From a virus, in IMG/VR virus record IMGVR_UViG_3300037423_002564: DNA of 35,963 nucleotides; one strand, written 5' to 3'. Under the pieces are notes generated by a model. It saw only the letters and a list, made by a program, of their open reading frames with translations. It did not search any database and was not told the origin of the DNA. Shown here piece after piece: positions 8,299-17,303 of this stretch. The stretch's first letter is position 1; every line of letters starts with the position of its first letter. The translations under genes were made by a program, and so were the position numbers.

Positions 8299-10851
8299 CT
8301 AGCCGTTGCGGGTGATGGGGAGGCTGAAGTAGCTGAAGCTGATGTTGCCGTAGTTCGCGGTGGAGCCCGCGGCGTCGCTCCAGCGGATCTGGAAGTACTG
8401 GGCGGCCGTGCCCGACAGCGGGGAGCGCGCCTGGACGGCGCCGGCGAGGTCCGAGTCGAACTCCTGGCGCGAGAGAAGGCGGAAGTCGCGCGCCACCACG
8501 CGGGACACCTTGCCGTCCGCCAGGTTCACCAGGTTGAGGTTGACCGCCGAGAGGCCGGCCGCGTTGTCGATGGTGCCCGAGAGCTTGCCCAGCACCCAGG
8601 CGGGCGCGAGCGTGCGCGTGTTGAAGGCCACATCCGCGTTGGCGTCGTGGGTCAAGGCCGCGCCGTTGTTGGTAGAGCGGAAGGCGTTGCCGCTCGCGTA
8701 GGGGTTGCCCGTGAGCGAGCCGTGCATGCGCCAGGTCGCGGCGGCCTGGGTCTTGTTGTTGAGCACGATCGCGTAGTAGTTGTTCGCCGTGAGCCCGGCC
8801 TTGCCCATCAGGCCCTTGTTGAGCGTGATGTCGGTCGCCATGGCCGACGACCCGACGCCTTGGATGGTGATCTTGGTCGAACCGTCATCGAGCGTTACCA
8901 GCGCGCCCAGGGCGCCGGGCGTGGGGTTCGCGCCGAAGTCATACAGCGAGACGTCGACCGAGCCCACGTCGGAGTTCACGATCACGTTGTCGATGTAGAT
9001 GGCGTTGCCGTTGCCGCCGGCGCCGTTGACGACGATCGCCATCTTCTTGATCTGCGCGAAGTTGGGGGTGCTCGCGCCGTCGTTCACGAAGTTCGCGGGC
9101 GCGAGGCTCTTGGTCTCGTTGACGTTGAGCGCGACCGGCGTGATGGCGGCCGAGGCCGAAACGCCCGCGGCGTCGACGAGGCGAAGGCTGAAGATGTTGT
9201 TGCCGTTGGTCGAGCGGACCGTCACGCTGATGCTCGTCATCGCGGTGTAGTCCTGGTTGGCGCCGAAGGTCTTGGTGACGGTGTCGCCCGCCGAGTTGGC
9301 GTTGCCGGCCACCGCGATCCTCATGCTGTTCGACCCCATCGTGGTCGTATCGAGCGTGACGCCGGTGTTGACGCTGTCCGAGGCCACCCACACGGCCTGG
9401 AGGGCCGCGGAGTTGGCGTAGGTGCTGAAGTCGTCAATGGTGCCGCCCGGCACGAGGGCCGAGAGCCAGAGGCGCACGCTGGCGAGCGACGTGGTGGTGG
9501 GACGGAAGATCTGGCCGATCATGTTGTTCGTGGCGTCGAGTTGCTCCACGACGTCCGCGGTGCTGCCGATCCAGTTCTCGCCGTGGGTGACGGGCTGCCA
9601 CTGGACGGTGGTGTCCTGGCCGCGGTTGATCGGGATGAGGACGTCCGTGCGGGTCAGCTCCCAGTTCTCGATGCTCGACGTGAGCCGCACGGCCACCGCC
9701 TGCTGGGTGGCATTCTGGGTCGGGGTGAGCGAGGAGGTGGCACCCAGCTTGACCACGCTGTCGAGGTGGTAGTGCAGCGCGGAGGCCCAGCCGGTCAGGC
9801 CACGCCCGCCCGCGGGCATGGTGGCCGCGTTGATGGCGGCGCCCACCACGTTGTAGTCGATCTGCGAGAGCCAGCCGATGCCGTAGCTACCGCCCGCGCC
9901 CAGGGCGTTGTTGGCGGTGATGGGGTTGCCGGCGAGCGCGGCGAAGACCGGGTTGCCCGTCGCCGTGCCGGGACCGGACGCCAGATGCATGCCGAAGTCG
10001 GCGTTGGTGCCGGGCTGCACGTAGAGGGCGTTGCCGGCGGCCACCAGCGCGCCGCCCAGGGTGAGCACGCTGTAGCTGGGGGACGCGAGGGCGAAGCCGG
10101 CCCCCGAGGCGAGGTGGACACCCTGATCGGCCGGGTAGTTGTTGATGCCCACGGTCCAGGCGCCGCTCTGCGCCGCCAGTTGGGGCTGGGTCTGGTTGTA
10201 GGCGATCTGCGAGAGCCAGCCGATGCCGGCCGTGCCGCCCGCGCCCAGGGAGGCCGCGTTGATGGGGGTGCCGCTCATGTTGATGGGCAAGGGGTTCGCC
10301 GCGCCCACGGCCGCGCCGGCCACCACCAGGGTGGCGTAACTCGGCGTGGCGAGCGCGAAGCCCGCGCCCGAAGCCAGGTGAACGCCCTGGTCGGCAGGCG
10401 CCGTGAAGGTCGTGCCCGTGACCACCAGCGGGTTCGCGTTGGTGCCGAGGCCGCCGTTGCCGATGTCGAAGCCGGTCGGGAAGTTCGTGACCTGCGCGAA
10501 GAGGGGCGTGCCGACGAGCGCGCCCGGGCCAGAGGCCAGGTGCATGCCCTGGTCCGAGGTGCCCGCGAAGGTGACATGCAGCGGGTCGTTCGAGGCCGTG
10601 CCGGGGCCCGCGGCGATCTGCGCCGACAGCGTGCCGCCCAGCTTGGTGTCGATGGCGCCCAGCTTGGTGAAGTTCTTGTCGGCGTAGTCGAGGAGCGTGC
10701 CCGCGGTGCCCACGCCGCCCATGGCGGTGACGAGCGAGGCCGTGCCGCCGTCATGCACCAGCAACTCGTTCGCGTTGTTGATGGTCGCGAACTTGTTGGA
10801 GTTGCCGCTCTTGAGCTTCAACCAGCCGGTGACGGTGCTTTGCGGGTTCAT
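8299..10851 (-). CDS. tail fibre / receptor-binding-like protein with internal repeats and a carbohydrate-binding-like domain
   Basis: G/A/T/N-rich; four D(Q/F)G(M/V)HLASG repeats; IDDFSTY...QDYTAMTSISV...IYIDNV resembles a galactose-binding-like beta sandwich. Confidence 0.7.
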   Translation of the reverse strand: MNPQSTVTGWLKLKSGNSNKFATINNANELLVHDGGTASLVTAMGGVGTAGTLLDYADKNFTKLGAIDTKLGGTLSAQIAAGPGTASNDPLHVTFAGTSDQGMHLASGPGALVGTPLFAQVTNFPTGFDIGNGGLGTNANPLVVTGTTFTAPADQGVHLASGAGFALATPSYATLVVAGAAVGAANPLPINMSGTPINAASLGAGGTAGIGWLSQIAYNQTQPQLAAQSGAWTVGINNYPADQGVHLASGAGFALASPSYSVLTLGGALVAAGNALYVQPGTNADFGMHLASGPGTATGNPVFAALAGNPITANNALGAGGSYGIGWLSQIDYNVVGAAINAATMPAGGRGLTGWASALHYHLDSVVKLGATSSLTPTQNATQQAVAVRLTSSIENWELTRTDVLIPINRGQDTTVQWQPVTHGENWIGSTADVVEQLDATNNMIGQIFRPTTTSLASVRLWLSALVPGGTIDDFSTYANSAALQAVWVASDSVNTGVTLDTTTMGSNSMRIAVAGNANSAGDTVTKTFGANQDYTAMTSISVTVRSTNGNNIFSLRLVDAAGVSASAAITPVALNVNETKSLAPANFVNDGASTPNFAQIKKMAIVVNGAGGNGNAIYIDNVIVNSDVGSVDVSLYDFGANPTPGALGALVTLDDGSTKITIQGVGSSAMATDITLNKGLMGKAGLTANNYYAIVLNNKTQAAATWRMHGSLTGNPYASGNAFRSTNNGAALTHDANADVAFNTRTLAPAWVLGKLSGTIDNAAGLSAVNLNLVNLADGKVSRVVARDFRLLSRQEFDSDLAGAVQARSPLSGTAAQYFQIRWSDAAGSTANYGNISFSYFSLPITRNG

Positions 10852-10852
10852 C

Positions 10853-11170
10853 TTAGGTCCTCGTGACGGACTCGGACGCCACCTCGCCGTTGGCGTCGAG
10901 CGTGTAGGTCCAGGTCTCGGTGCGGGTGACGCCGCCGCCGGCGAACGTGACGACGGCCTGCGTCACGAAGCCGTTGCCGTCGCGGGTGAAGTCGGTGGTG
11001 ACGGTCTGGGTGATGCCGCGCGTGTCCGGGCCCGAGCGCACCTCCTGCGTGACCTCGCCGGTGACGGGGTCGGTGGTGCGGCCGATCAGGGGCAAGTCCA
11101 TGAAGTCCCGCTGCGTGAGCGAGAAGTCGTGGATGTTGTGGCCGTCTTTGCCCTGCCAGCCAACGCTCAT
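10853..11170 (-). CDS. small beta-rich virion protein
   Basis: GGAGG RBS before ATG 11170; TRDGNGFVT...YTLDANGEV hairpin-like segments. Confidence 0.7.
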   Translation of the reverse strand: MSVGWQGKDGHNIHDFSLTQRDFMDLPLIGRTTDPVTGEVTQEVRSGPDTRGITQTVTTDFTRDGNGFVTQAVVTFAGGGVTRTETWTYTLDANGEVASESVTRT

Positions 11171-11187
11171 CGGGTCCTCCAAGGTGC

Positions 11188-11216
11188 GAGGGGGCGGGGC
11201 GGCGCCCCACCCCCTC
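11188..11216. other. GC-rich hairpin without U-tract
   Basis: GAGGGGG-GGGGC / GCCCC-CCCCCTC inverted repeat. Confidence 0.55.
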
Positions 11217-11228
11217 TAAGGATACTAC

Positions 11229-11245
11229 GGTCGGTCGGTCCTACC
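11229..11245 (-). promoter_or_regulatory. 17-bp motif copy GGTAGGACCGACCGACC
   Basis: Perfect match on the minus strand directly after the stop at 11246. Confidence 0.7.
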
Positions 11246-13000
11246 CTACGCCGCGGTGGTCTTGAGCCAGCGGAGCGAGATCTTCATCCCGGCCTCCAGG
11301 GGCACCGTGGTGTCGAAGTGGATGCGCACGCGGTCGTTGGCGGGCTCGGTGAACACGCCCTCGTAGCCGTTGCCGGCCCCGTTGTACTCGGCCAGGGGAT
11401 CCTGCGGGTCGCCGTCCACCAAGACGGCCATCAGGTTGCGGCCGGGGATGTAGGTCCCCTTCGCGCCCGGGATGAGCACCTCGAAGTAGGCGACGTTGGC
11501 ACCGATCGCCGGCGCCGGGGTCGCCCCCGCGATGTCGCCCGCCTGGATGGTGTAGCGGTGGAAGCCGAACTCGATGGCGTCGATGCGGCGATCCAAGGCC
11601 ACGATGGCTTCCTGGCCGTTGGCGACCGGCGAGTTGTCCGGGTTGGTCAGGTTCGTACCGGTGGGGTCGAAGGTCAGGTCTTCCAGGGCGTGCGCCGCCG
11701 TCGACGCGATGTGCGTCGTCAGCAGGGTCTCCAGATCGATCACCTTCTGGTCCAGCTCCACCAACGGGCGGTGCGCCTCGTTGGGCAGCGCGCTGAAGCT
11801 GATCACGCCGCCAGCGGCCGTGGCCTTGCCCAGCTTCGTGAACTCGCCCGCGCCCGGGTAGGCCAGGCCGGTCTGCACCGCGCCCGTGTTGTCCACCCAG
11901 AAGAAGAGGCTGGTCCCGTCGGGGACGGCCACCGGCGCCACCGGGATGGCGAAGCGCTTGCCGGCGACGTAGGCGAAGCGGCCGGCAGCGGGCTGCGCGG
12001 TGTTGTCGCCGTTGTCGATCAGCGTGGCGGCCGTGCCCAGCACGCCGTTGGAGCGCAGGTCGTTGAAGTACTGCTCCAGGTTGCCCTGGGCAGCGCCCGA
12101 CGCCGCGGTGACGTTGGTCTGGAGCTGGTTCAGCGCATCCTTCAGGGTCGCGTTGGCGCCCAGGCCGCTCACCACCACGCCGTCGGCGACCTCGACGTCG
12201 ATGTCGATGGTGCTGTGGCGCTCCGCCCCGGGACCGGTGATGCCGCCCACGTGGTCGGCGATGCGCTGGATCACGCTGCGCGCCAGGGAGGCGGCGCCGT
12301 TGTTCGACAGCGTCACGCCCAGGTCGGCCGCGAGCTGCTGGATGTTGTTGTTCTCGTTGATGTCCACCGCGCCGGGGCTGCTGATGATCACGCGGCCCTG
12401 GTCCTCCAGGAGCTGGCTGGAGCCGGGCACCCACTGGCGGAACCAGGCATAGGCCGTGGTCGCGCCGGGCAGGGTGTACGGGGCCTCCACGCCGCCGGGG
12501 GCGTGGTAGAAGGTCAGCGTCCACGCGCCGTTGGGGCCGCCGGCGTTGGAGAGGCGCGCGTAGACCTCGTTGCCGTTGGCGTCCTTGATGGGGTCGGTGC
12601 CGTCGGGCTGGCCGGCGGGGCCGGGGGCACGCAGCATGACCTTGTTGCCCGCGTCGGCGCCCGCGCCCACGTAGGTGGCGGCACCCAGGTTGGTCCAGGT
12701 GCGGCTGGGGGCGTCGAAGGTCGGCGCGGCGGCGGACACGGCGGTGCCGGCCAGCTCGGCCGAGACGTCCATCGTGCCGGCGGCCGGCAGCAGGATCGCC
12801 GCGGCCGTGATCTGCACCGGGATCACGCGCTTGGTGGTGTCGAGCAGCGCCTGCGCGAAGCCGACCTGGGTCTTCTCGAAGCCCAGGGTGGCATCCTCGA
12901 CGTTCTGGTTCTTCACGGACTGGAGCCCCAGGAGGCGGTTGATGACCGTGCCGTCCTTGAGCGTCAGGTACGCGACCTTGGTGTTCAACAGGTTCGCCAT
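11246..13000 (-). CDS. virion structural protein (fibre/whisker-like)
   Basis: GAGGAG RBS; A/G/T-rich with short coiled segments (TLKDALNQLQTNV, QEAIVALDRRID); operon context. Confidence 0.65.
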   Translation of the reverse strand: MANLLNTKVAYLTLKDGTVINRLLGLQSVKNQNVEDATLGFEKTQVGFAQALLDTTKRVIPVQITAAAILLPAAGTMDVSAELAGTAVSAAAPTFDAPSRTWTNLGAATYVGAGADAGNKVMLRAPGPAGQPDGTDPIKDANGNEVYARLSNAGGPNGAWTLTFYHAPGGVEAPYTLPGATTAYAWFRQWVPGSSQLLEDQGRVIISSPGAVDINENNNIQQLAADLGVTLSNNGAASLARSVIQRIADHVGGITGPGAERHSTIDIDVEVADGVVVSGLGANATLKDALNQLQTNVTAASGAAQGNLEQYFNDLRSNGVLGTAATLIDNGDNTAQPAAGRFAYVAGKRFAIPVAPVAVPDGTSLFFWVDNTGAVQTGLAYPGAGEFTKLGKATAAGGVISFSALPNEAHRPLVELDQKVIDLETLLTTHIASTAAHALEDLTFDPTGTNLTNPDNSPVANGQEAIVALDRRIDAIEFGFHRYTIQAGDIAGATPAPAIGANVAYFEVLIPGAKGTYIPGRNLMAVLVDGDPQDPLAEYNGAGNGYEGVFTEPANDRVRIHFDTTVPLEAGMKISLRWLKTTAA

Positions 13001-13015
13001 GTTCCTTCTCCTCTG

Positions 13016-13321
13016 TTACGTGTACACATAACGCACCTGGATCAGCCAGCCGGTGGGCAGGTCGATCGCGAGCGTGAACAGCCCTTGGGTGGGATCCGAC
13101 TCCAGGTAGGCCGGCGGGGTCACGAGGCTGTAGCCTTCTTCACCATCCGGCGCCGCCGAGAGGCGGACTTCGAGGTTGCCCGGCTGGTAGTTGCCCGCGA
13201 GCACCTGGGCGAGCTGACGCCCGCCGATGAACGAGGGAACCTCCCAATCGCTGTGGCGGTGGTTCACCGGCCCCGGGTTCGGGGGCGTGGAGCCCTGGGC
13301 ACCGATCTCGTAGACCGGCAT
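13016..13321 (-). CDS. small hypothetical virion protein (MPVYEIG...)
   Basis: Real part of ORF 13016..13579; TGATG coupling at 13321; GGGGAG RBS. Confidence 0.7.
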   Translation of the reverse strand: MPVYEIGAQGSTPPNPGPVNHRHSDWEVPSFIGGRQLAQVLAGNYQPGNLEVRLSAAPDGEEGYSLVTPPAYLESDPTQGLFTLAIDLPTGWLIQVRYVYT

Positions 13322-13764
13322 CAGTGCTTCTCCCCGCGGATCTGGACCTCGACCCTCCCGCCGCCGTGGGCCGTCACGACCAACTGGTCGCCAGGCGTCA
13401 TCGGCAACGTGTCGGTCACGGTCAAGCCCGTGGACACGGCGTGGAACCGCTCGATCAGGGGGAACCGTTGACCGCCAAGCAGCAGGTGGATCCCGAAGTC
13501 CTTGGGGTCGGTGTTGGGCACCCAGTTGCCGTTGCCGTCGTCCTTCAAGAACTTCAGCGCGACAACTCGCGTGCTCCACGGCCCCGTGAAGTCGGTGACG
13601 AGATCCAGATCCGCGGTCCCCAGGTCATGGCTTACACCGTCCGCCAGCATCTGCGGCGCTACGGGGCGGGACATGACGCGCAGGACGCGCTGTTGGCCGG
13701 TCTCGTCCTCGGGAAGAGCCTGGACAACGGAGAACAGGATCTCGGCTTCGCTCGGAACGGTCAT
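13321..13764 (-). CDS. hypothetical protein (MTVPSEAE...)
   Basis: GGGAG RBS before ATG 13764; first gene after the TATAAT box at 13797-13802. Confidence 0.7.
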   Translation of the reverse strand: MTVPSEAEILFSVVQALPEDETGQQRVLRVMSRPVAPQMLADGVSHDLGTADLDLVTDFTGPWSTRVVALKFLKDDGNGNWVPNTDPKDFGIHLLLGGQRFPLIERFHAVSTGLTVTDTLPMTPGDQLVVTAHGGGRVEVQIRGEKH

Positions 13765-13796
13765 CAAGGTCTCCCAGCCGAATACCATCCAAGAAC

Positions 13797-13802
13797 ATTA
13801 TA
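13797..13802 (-). promoter_or_regulatory. -10 box TATAAT
   Basis: ctccaTATAATgtt on the minus strand upstream of the fibre operon. Confidence 0.7.
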
Positions 13803-13818
13803 TGGAGGGCCGGCACGC

Positions 13819-13842
13819 AAAACCCGGCCCCTGGGGGCCGGG
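13819..13842 (-). terminator. intrinsic terminator
   Basis: CCCGGCCC / GGGCCGGG stem followed by TTTT on the minus strand, 24 nt after the stop at 13866. Confidence 0.7.
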
Positions 13843-13865
13843 CGAAGGAATATGTCGAGGTGAAC

Positions 13866-14264
13866 CTACTGGGCTTGGACCTGCTGCTGCGAGATCGGCT
13901 CGTCCAGCTTCTTGTGGAGCTGCGCCAGGAAGAAGTCCTTCAGGGTCTTGACGATCGGCTCGTCCGGCTTGCCCTTGAGGTCCAGGAGCAGCTTCATGCC
14001 TTCCGGGCTCAAGGCCATCTCGCCCAGCACGGAGGTCATCTGGAAGTCGCCGTCGGCGTCCTTCCGGCCGCACTGGGGCACGGACACGGCCACACCCTGG
14101 CTGGTGTTGAGCACGATGTTGCCGATGCGGAACTCGGCGTCCAGCTTGTTCTGGGCGGTGAGCACCTGGCGCAGGGTCGCGCCCGGGGCGGGCGCGGCGG
14201 CCGGGGCGGCGTCCTTGGTATCGGCTTCGGGGGTCGCGGGGGCGGGGGGCGTCTGTTCGTCCAC
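13866..14264 (-). CDS. hypothetical protein
   Basis: AAAGGAG RBS then GTG at 14264; flanked by its own promoter-like box and terminator. Confidence 0.7.
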   Translation of the reverse strand: MDEQTPPAPATPEADTKDAAPAAAPAPGATLRQVLTAQNKLDAEFRIGNIVLNTSQGVAVSVPQCGRKDADGDFQMTSVLGEMALSPEGMKLLLDLKGKPDEPIVKTLKDFFLAQLHKKLDEPISQQQVQAQ

Positions 14265-14278
14265 GGGGGTCTCCTTTG

Positions 14279-14295
14279 GGTAGTACGGTCTGACC
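14279..14295 (-). promoter_or_regulatory. 17-bp motif copy GGTCAGACCGTACTACC
   Basis: Perfect match on the minus strand between a TATACT box (14307-14312) and the RBS. Confidence 0.7.
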
Positions 14296-14333
14296 AACGA
14301 GCCACCAGTATACCCCAGCCGTCCGCGCAAGAC

Positions 14334-14366
14334 CACGGACCCGTCGAGCGCGTCGACGGGTCCGTG
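14334..14366. repeat. perfect 14-bp inverted repeat
   Basis: CACGGACCCGTCGA-gcgcg-TCGACGGGTCCGTG; CGCGTCGACGGGT recurs at 14390-14402. Confidence 0.85.
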
Positions 14367-14401
14367 AAACGTGTCGATGAAAGGCCGTCCGCGTCGACGG
14401 G

Positions 14402-16204
14402 TTAGCCCAGGTTGACCCAGACCTTGATCTGGCCTTCCTGCGCGTCGCCTTCCGCGGGATCCCAGTCCTGCATGGCCTTGCCGATGATCGAGCCCGGCGG
14501 GATGGTGCCGTTGGGGCAGTCCGACGGGTCGGCGGCCATGGCGTGGCCGGGGATGGAGGAGGCCACCACCAGATCGCCGCGGTGGATGGACCGACGAACG
14601 GTCTGACCCTGGTTGTCGATGTAGGTGGTCGTGACCTTGGTGGGCACGCGGCCGGCCACGGCCTGGGGCGACTGCACCGGGGCCGTGCCGCCCTGCGGGC
14701 CGTCGTCGTAGCTGATCGCCATCGCCGGGTGCGTCGAGTGGACGCCCGCCACCATGCGATCGTACTGGGTGCCCGTGTGCTTCTTCACGGCCTCGTCGTG
14801 GTCGAGGTCGATCACGGCGACGTCGCCGGGCTCCAGATCGTCGGCCGGGTTGGGCACGAACTCCGCGTAGTCGCCGAACTCGGCGCCGTTGCGGTGGGCC
14901 AGGAAGGTCCAGCCCTCCAGGCTGATGTAGGAGCCGTTCGCGGTGTTGGTGAAGATGGCGTTGGCGTTGGTGGTCTTGAACAGGCCGGACGCCACGATGA
15001 GCGAGGCGCCACCGTTGATCGTCACCGCGCCGGTGGTCGTCAGCGAGCCGCAGTTGCTGATGCTGTTTCCGCCCATGTTGAGGCCGCCCGAAAGCGTGCC
15101 GCCGGTCAGGGGGAAGAAGTTGCTCGTGACGTAGCTCTGGGTCGCCGCGGCCACGCCGCCGATGGTCAGGCTGCCGAAGGAGCCCGCGCCGGTGACGGAG
15201 AGGGAGCCGGCGCCCGAGATGGTTCCGCCGGCCATCGTGAGGTGGCTGTTGGGGCTCAACAGCAGCAGGTCGCCCGAGCTGCCGCCGTTGCCGAAGACGA
15301 GGTCGGCTTGGACGCTGATCTGACCACCCGTGACGCCGCTGGCCTGGTAGATGCTGCCGACGTTGAGGGTGGTCGGCGAGATCGACTGGCCCGCCAGGGC
15401 GGCCACGGCGCGGGCGTTGGTGAAGTAGAGGTTGCCGCTCTCCGTGATGTCCGCGCTCGTGAGCACGATCGTGTTGGTGTTGGTGCCCTTGCCGTTCACG
15501 GTCAGCGTCACCGCGCCGGTGGCGCCGTTGAGCGAGCTGACGCCGCCCCCGCCCGCGGCCGTCGAGGTCAGGGCGCCGTTGCCGTCCAGGCTCATGTTGG
15601 CGCCCAGCTTCACGCGGAGCTGGCCGGTGCCGAGGTCGATCTGCAAGCCGCTCAAGGTGGGGCTCACGTTGACGCTCGCGAAGCCGTTGATCATGGTCAT
15701 GCCGGTGGGGCCGCCGATCTTGACGCCGCCCAGCGTGTTGACGTCGGCGGTCGGCAGCGCGTAGGCAGCGCTGATCACGCCGTTGCCGTCGATGGTGACG
15801 CTGGTGCCGTCGACCTTGACGCCGCCCAGGATCGTGGTGCTCGCGGTGGGCAGCGTGTAGCCGCCGCCCCCGCCGCCGGTCGCGCTGATCACGCCGTTCG
15901 CGTCGATCACGATCGTGGTGCCGTCAATCTTCACGCCGCCCAGCACGGTGGGGCTGGCGGTGGGCAGCGGCGTGCCGACCGCGCTGATGACGCCGTTCGC
16001 GTCGATCAGGATGCTCGTGCCATCCGGCTGGACGAGGCCCAGGCTGACGGTGGTGGCCTTCACGGCCGCGGTGGCCTGCTGGGAGCCGTCGCCGAAGATC
16101 AGCTTCTTGCCCGTCCCGAAGGCGATGTCGCCCACGTTGGACAGGCCGAAGCCCTGCATCGGCAGGTTCTCGTCGATGGTGAGCATGGCGGTGCGAATGG
16201 TCAT
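14402..16204 (-). CDS. tail fibre protein with C-terminal intramolecular-chaperone-like domain
   Basis: LPTAS.T.LGGVK.DGT...ID.NGVISA repeats; C-terminal GDYAEF..LEPGDV..GRVPTKV..IHRGDLVVAS..GHAM..IIGKAM; GGAGG RBS. Confidence 0.8.
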   Translation of the reverse strand: MTIRTAMLTIDENLPMQGFGLSNVGDIAFGTGKKLIFGDGSQQATAAVKATTVSLGLVQPDGTSILIDANGVISAVGTPLPTASPTVLGGVKIDGTTIVIDANGVISATGGGGGGYTLPTASTTILGGVKVDGTSVTIDGNGVISAAYALPTADVNTLGGVKIGGPTGMTMINGFASVNVSPTLSGLQIDLGTGQLRVKLGANMSLDGNGALTSTAAGGGGVSSLNGATGAVTLTVNGKGTNTNTIVLTSADITESGNLYFTNARAVAALAGQSISPTTLNVGSIYQASGVTGGQISVQADLVFGNGGSSGDLLLLSPNSHLTMAGGTISGAGSLSVTGAGSFGSLTIGGVAAATQSYVTSNFFPLTGGTLSGGLNMGGNSISNCGSLTTTGAVTINGGASLIVASGLFKTTNANAIFTNTANGSYISLEGWTFLAHRNGAEFGDYAEFVPNPADDLEPGDVAVIDLDHDEAVKKHTGTQYDRMVAGVHSTHPAMAISYDDGPQGGTAPVQSPQAVAGRVPTKVTTTYIDNQGQTVRRSIHRGDLVVASSIPGHAMAADPSDCPNGTIPPGSIIGKAMQDWDPAEGDAQEGQIKVWVNLG

Positions 16205-16222
16205 GGCGTGTCCTCCGCGTTG

Positions 16223-16228
16223 ATTATA
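16223..16228 (-). promoter_or_regulatory. -10 box TATAAT
   Basis: gtccaTATAATcaa, 19 nt upstream of the fibre ATG. Confidence 0.7.
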
Positions 16229-16235
16229 TGGACGG

Positions 16236-16715
16236 CTAGTTGACGATCTCGTGCAGCAGCACGGCCTTGCGGAGGTAGCCACCCGGCTGGATCGTGACCT
16301 CCAAGGTGAAGTTGTCGCTCTTGAGCGGGAGCTGCTCGGGCCCGAAGCGCTTGGTGAGCGGCACGTCGCTGCCGTGGTGGTGCGTGTTCTTGTACGCCTT
16401 CACCACCTGGTAGCTGACGCCGTCGCCCTCCAAGATCACCTCGTTCAGCAGGACCTCCTGCGCGTAGGCGGCCTTGAGGAAGGTCACGACGCCCTCGCGC
16501 GCGCTGGCCTGGTCGACGCGCAGCGCGCCGTCGGCGAGCACCACCTCCTCGCTCTTGGCCGCCACGTCCTCGCCGATGCCGAGCCGCAGGTAGGGCTTCT
16601 CGGACATGACCGTGACCAGGTTCAGCAAGGAGTGGTAGGTCTCCTCGTTGAGCTTCATCACGCTCTTGGCGTGGTAGATGCAGTTGCGCAGCAGGTGCTG
16701 GGTTTGGGTGAACAT
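16236..16715 (-). CDS. hypothetical protein
   Basis: GGAGGAG RBS, normal codon bias. Confidence 0.7.
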   Translation of the reverse strand: MFTQTQHLLRNCIYHAKSVMKLNEETYHSLLNLVTVMSEKPYLRLGIGEDVAAKSEEVVLADGALRVDQASAREGVVTFLKAAYAQEVLLNEVILEGDGVSYQVVKAYKNTHHHGSDVPLTKRFGPEQLPLKSDNFTLEVTIQPGGYLRKAVLLHEIVN

Positions 16716-16718
16716 GGC

Positions 16719-17303
16719 CTAGATCTCCTCCATCATGCGCATCAGGCCCGCGAAGTCCTCCTCCGCCTGCCGCTGGGCTCCCATCTTGATCTCCATCGGG
16801 TCGCTGCCGCCGGCCACCGGCACGCGCGGCGGGGTGACGGCCGCGCGCATCGGGCTGGGACCTCGCGCCGCGTCGGCGATGCCGCCGGCCATCTGGCCCA
16901 GGGTCATCGCGCCGCCCGCCCAGACCGCGCCACGCTGGAGCGTGAGCTTCTGCGGCCCCTCAGTGTTCATGCCGATCAGGTTCGCCGGGTGGCGCACGAT
17001 GCCCGGCGCCTTCGAGAGGTCGTAGCGCATGCTGGGCAGCTTCACGCCGCCCACCGTGTCCTGGTTCAGCACCTTGTTGACGGCGAAGGTCGCCTTGTTG
17101 GCCCCGGTTTCGAGGCTCTGGCCCGCGCGGTAGAGCGCGCTGGGCGCCGCCTTGCTCCCCAGGCCGCGACCGACGAACTTCAAGGCGGTGCCCGCCAGCG
17201 CGCCCAAGGCGGGCAGGCCGACGACCTGGTTGAGCGCCTGGAGCGCCGGGCCGATCATGGCCTGCTTCTGCGCCCGTTCCATGTAGAGGTCGTAGGGGGT
17301 CAT
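16719..17303 (-). CDS. Gly/Ala-rich protein with N-terminal KQA motif (putative internal head protein)
   Basis: MTPYDLYMERAQKQA start resembles 24722 (MTTPFDVWMDSMNKQA) and 27620 (MLDAYQVYMDRVKRA); ATGA overlap. Confidence 0.7.
   Translation of the reverse strand: MTPYDLYMERAQKQAMIGPALQALNQVVGLPALGALAGTALKFVGRGLGSKAAPSALYRAGQSLETGANKATFAVNKVLNQDTVGGVKLPSMRYDLSKAPGIVRHPANLIGMNTEGPQKLTLQRGAVWAGGAMTLGQMAGGIADAARGPSPMRAAVTPPRVPVAGGSDPMEIKMGAQRQAEEDFAGLMRMMEEI

Noticed and set aside
8269-13471. Very long plus-strand ORFs (865 aa and 924 aa) and similar ones such as 4707..6614, 6723..8201, 14543..16243 and 20830..22755
   Set aside because: Antisense shadows of real minus-strand genes; high GC3 bias removes stops, and the translations are R/G/V/A-rich with no motifs
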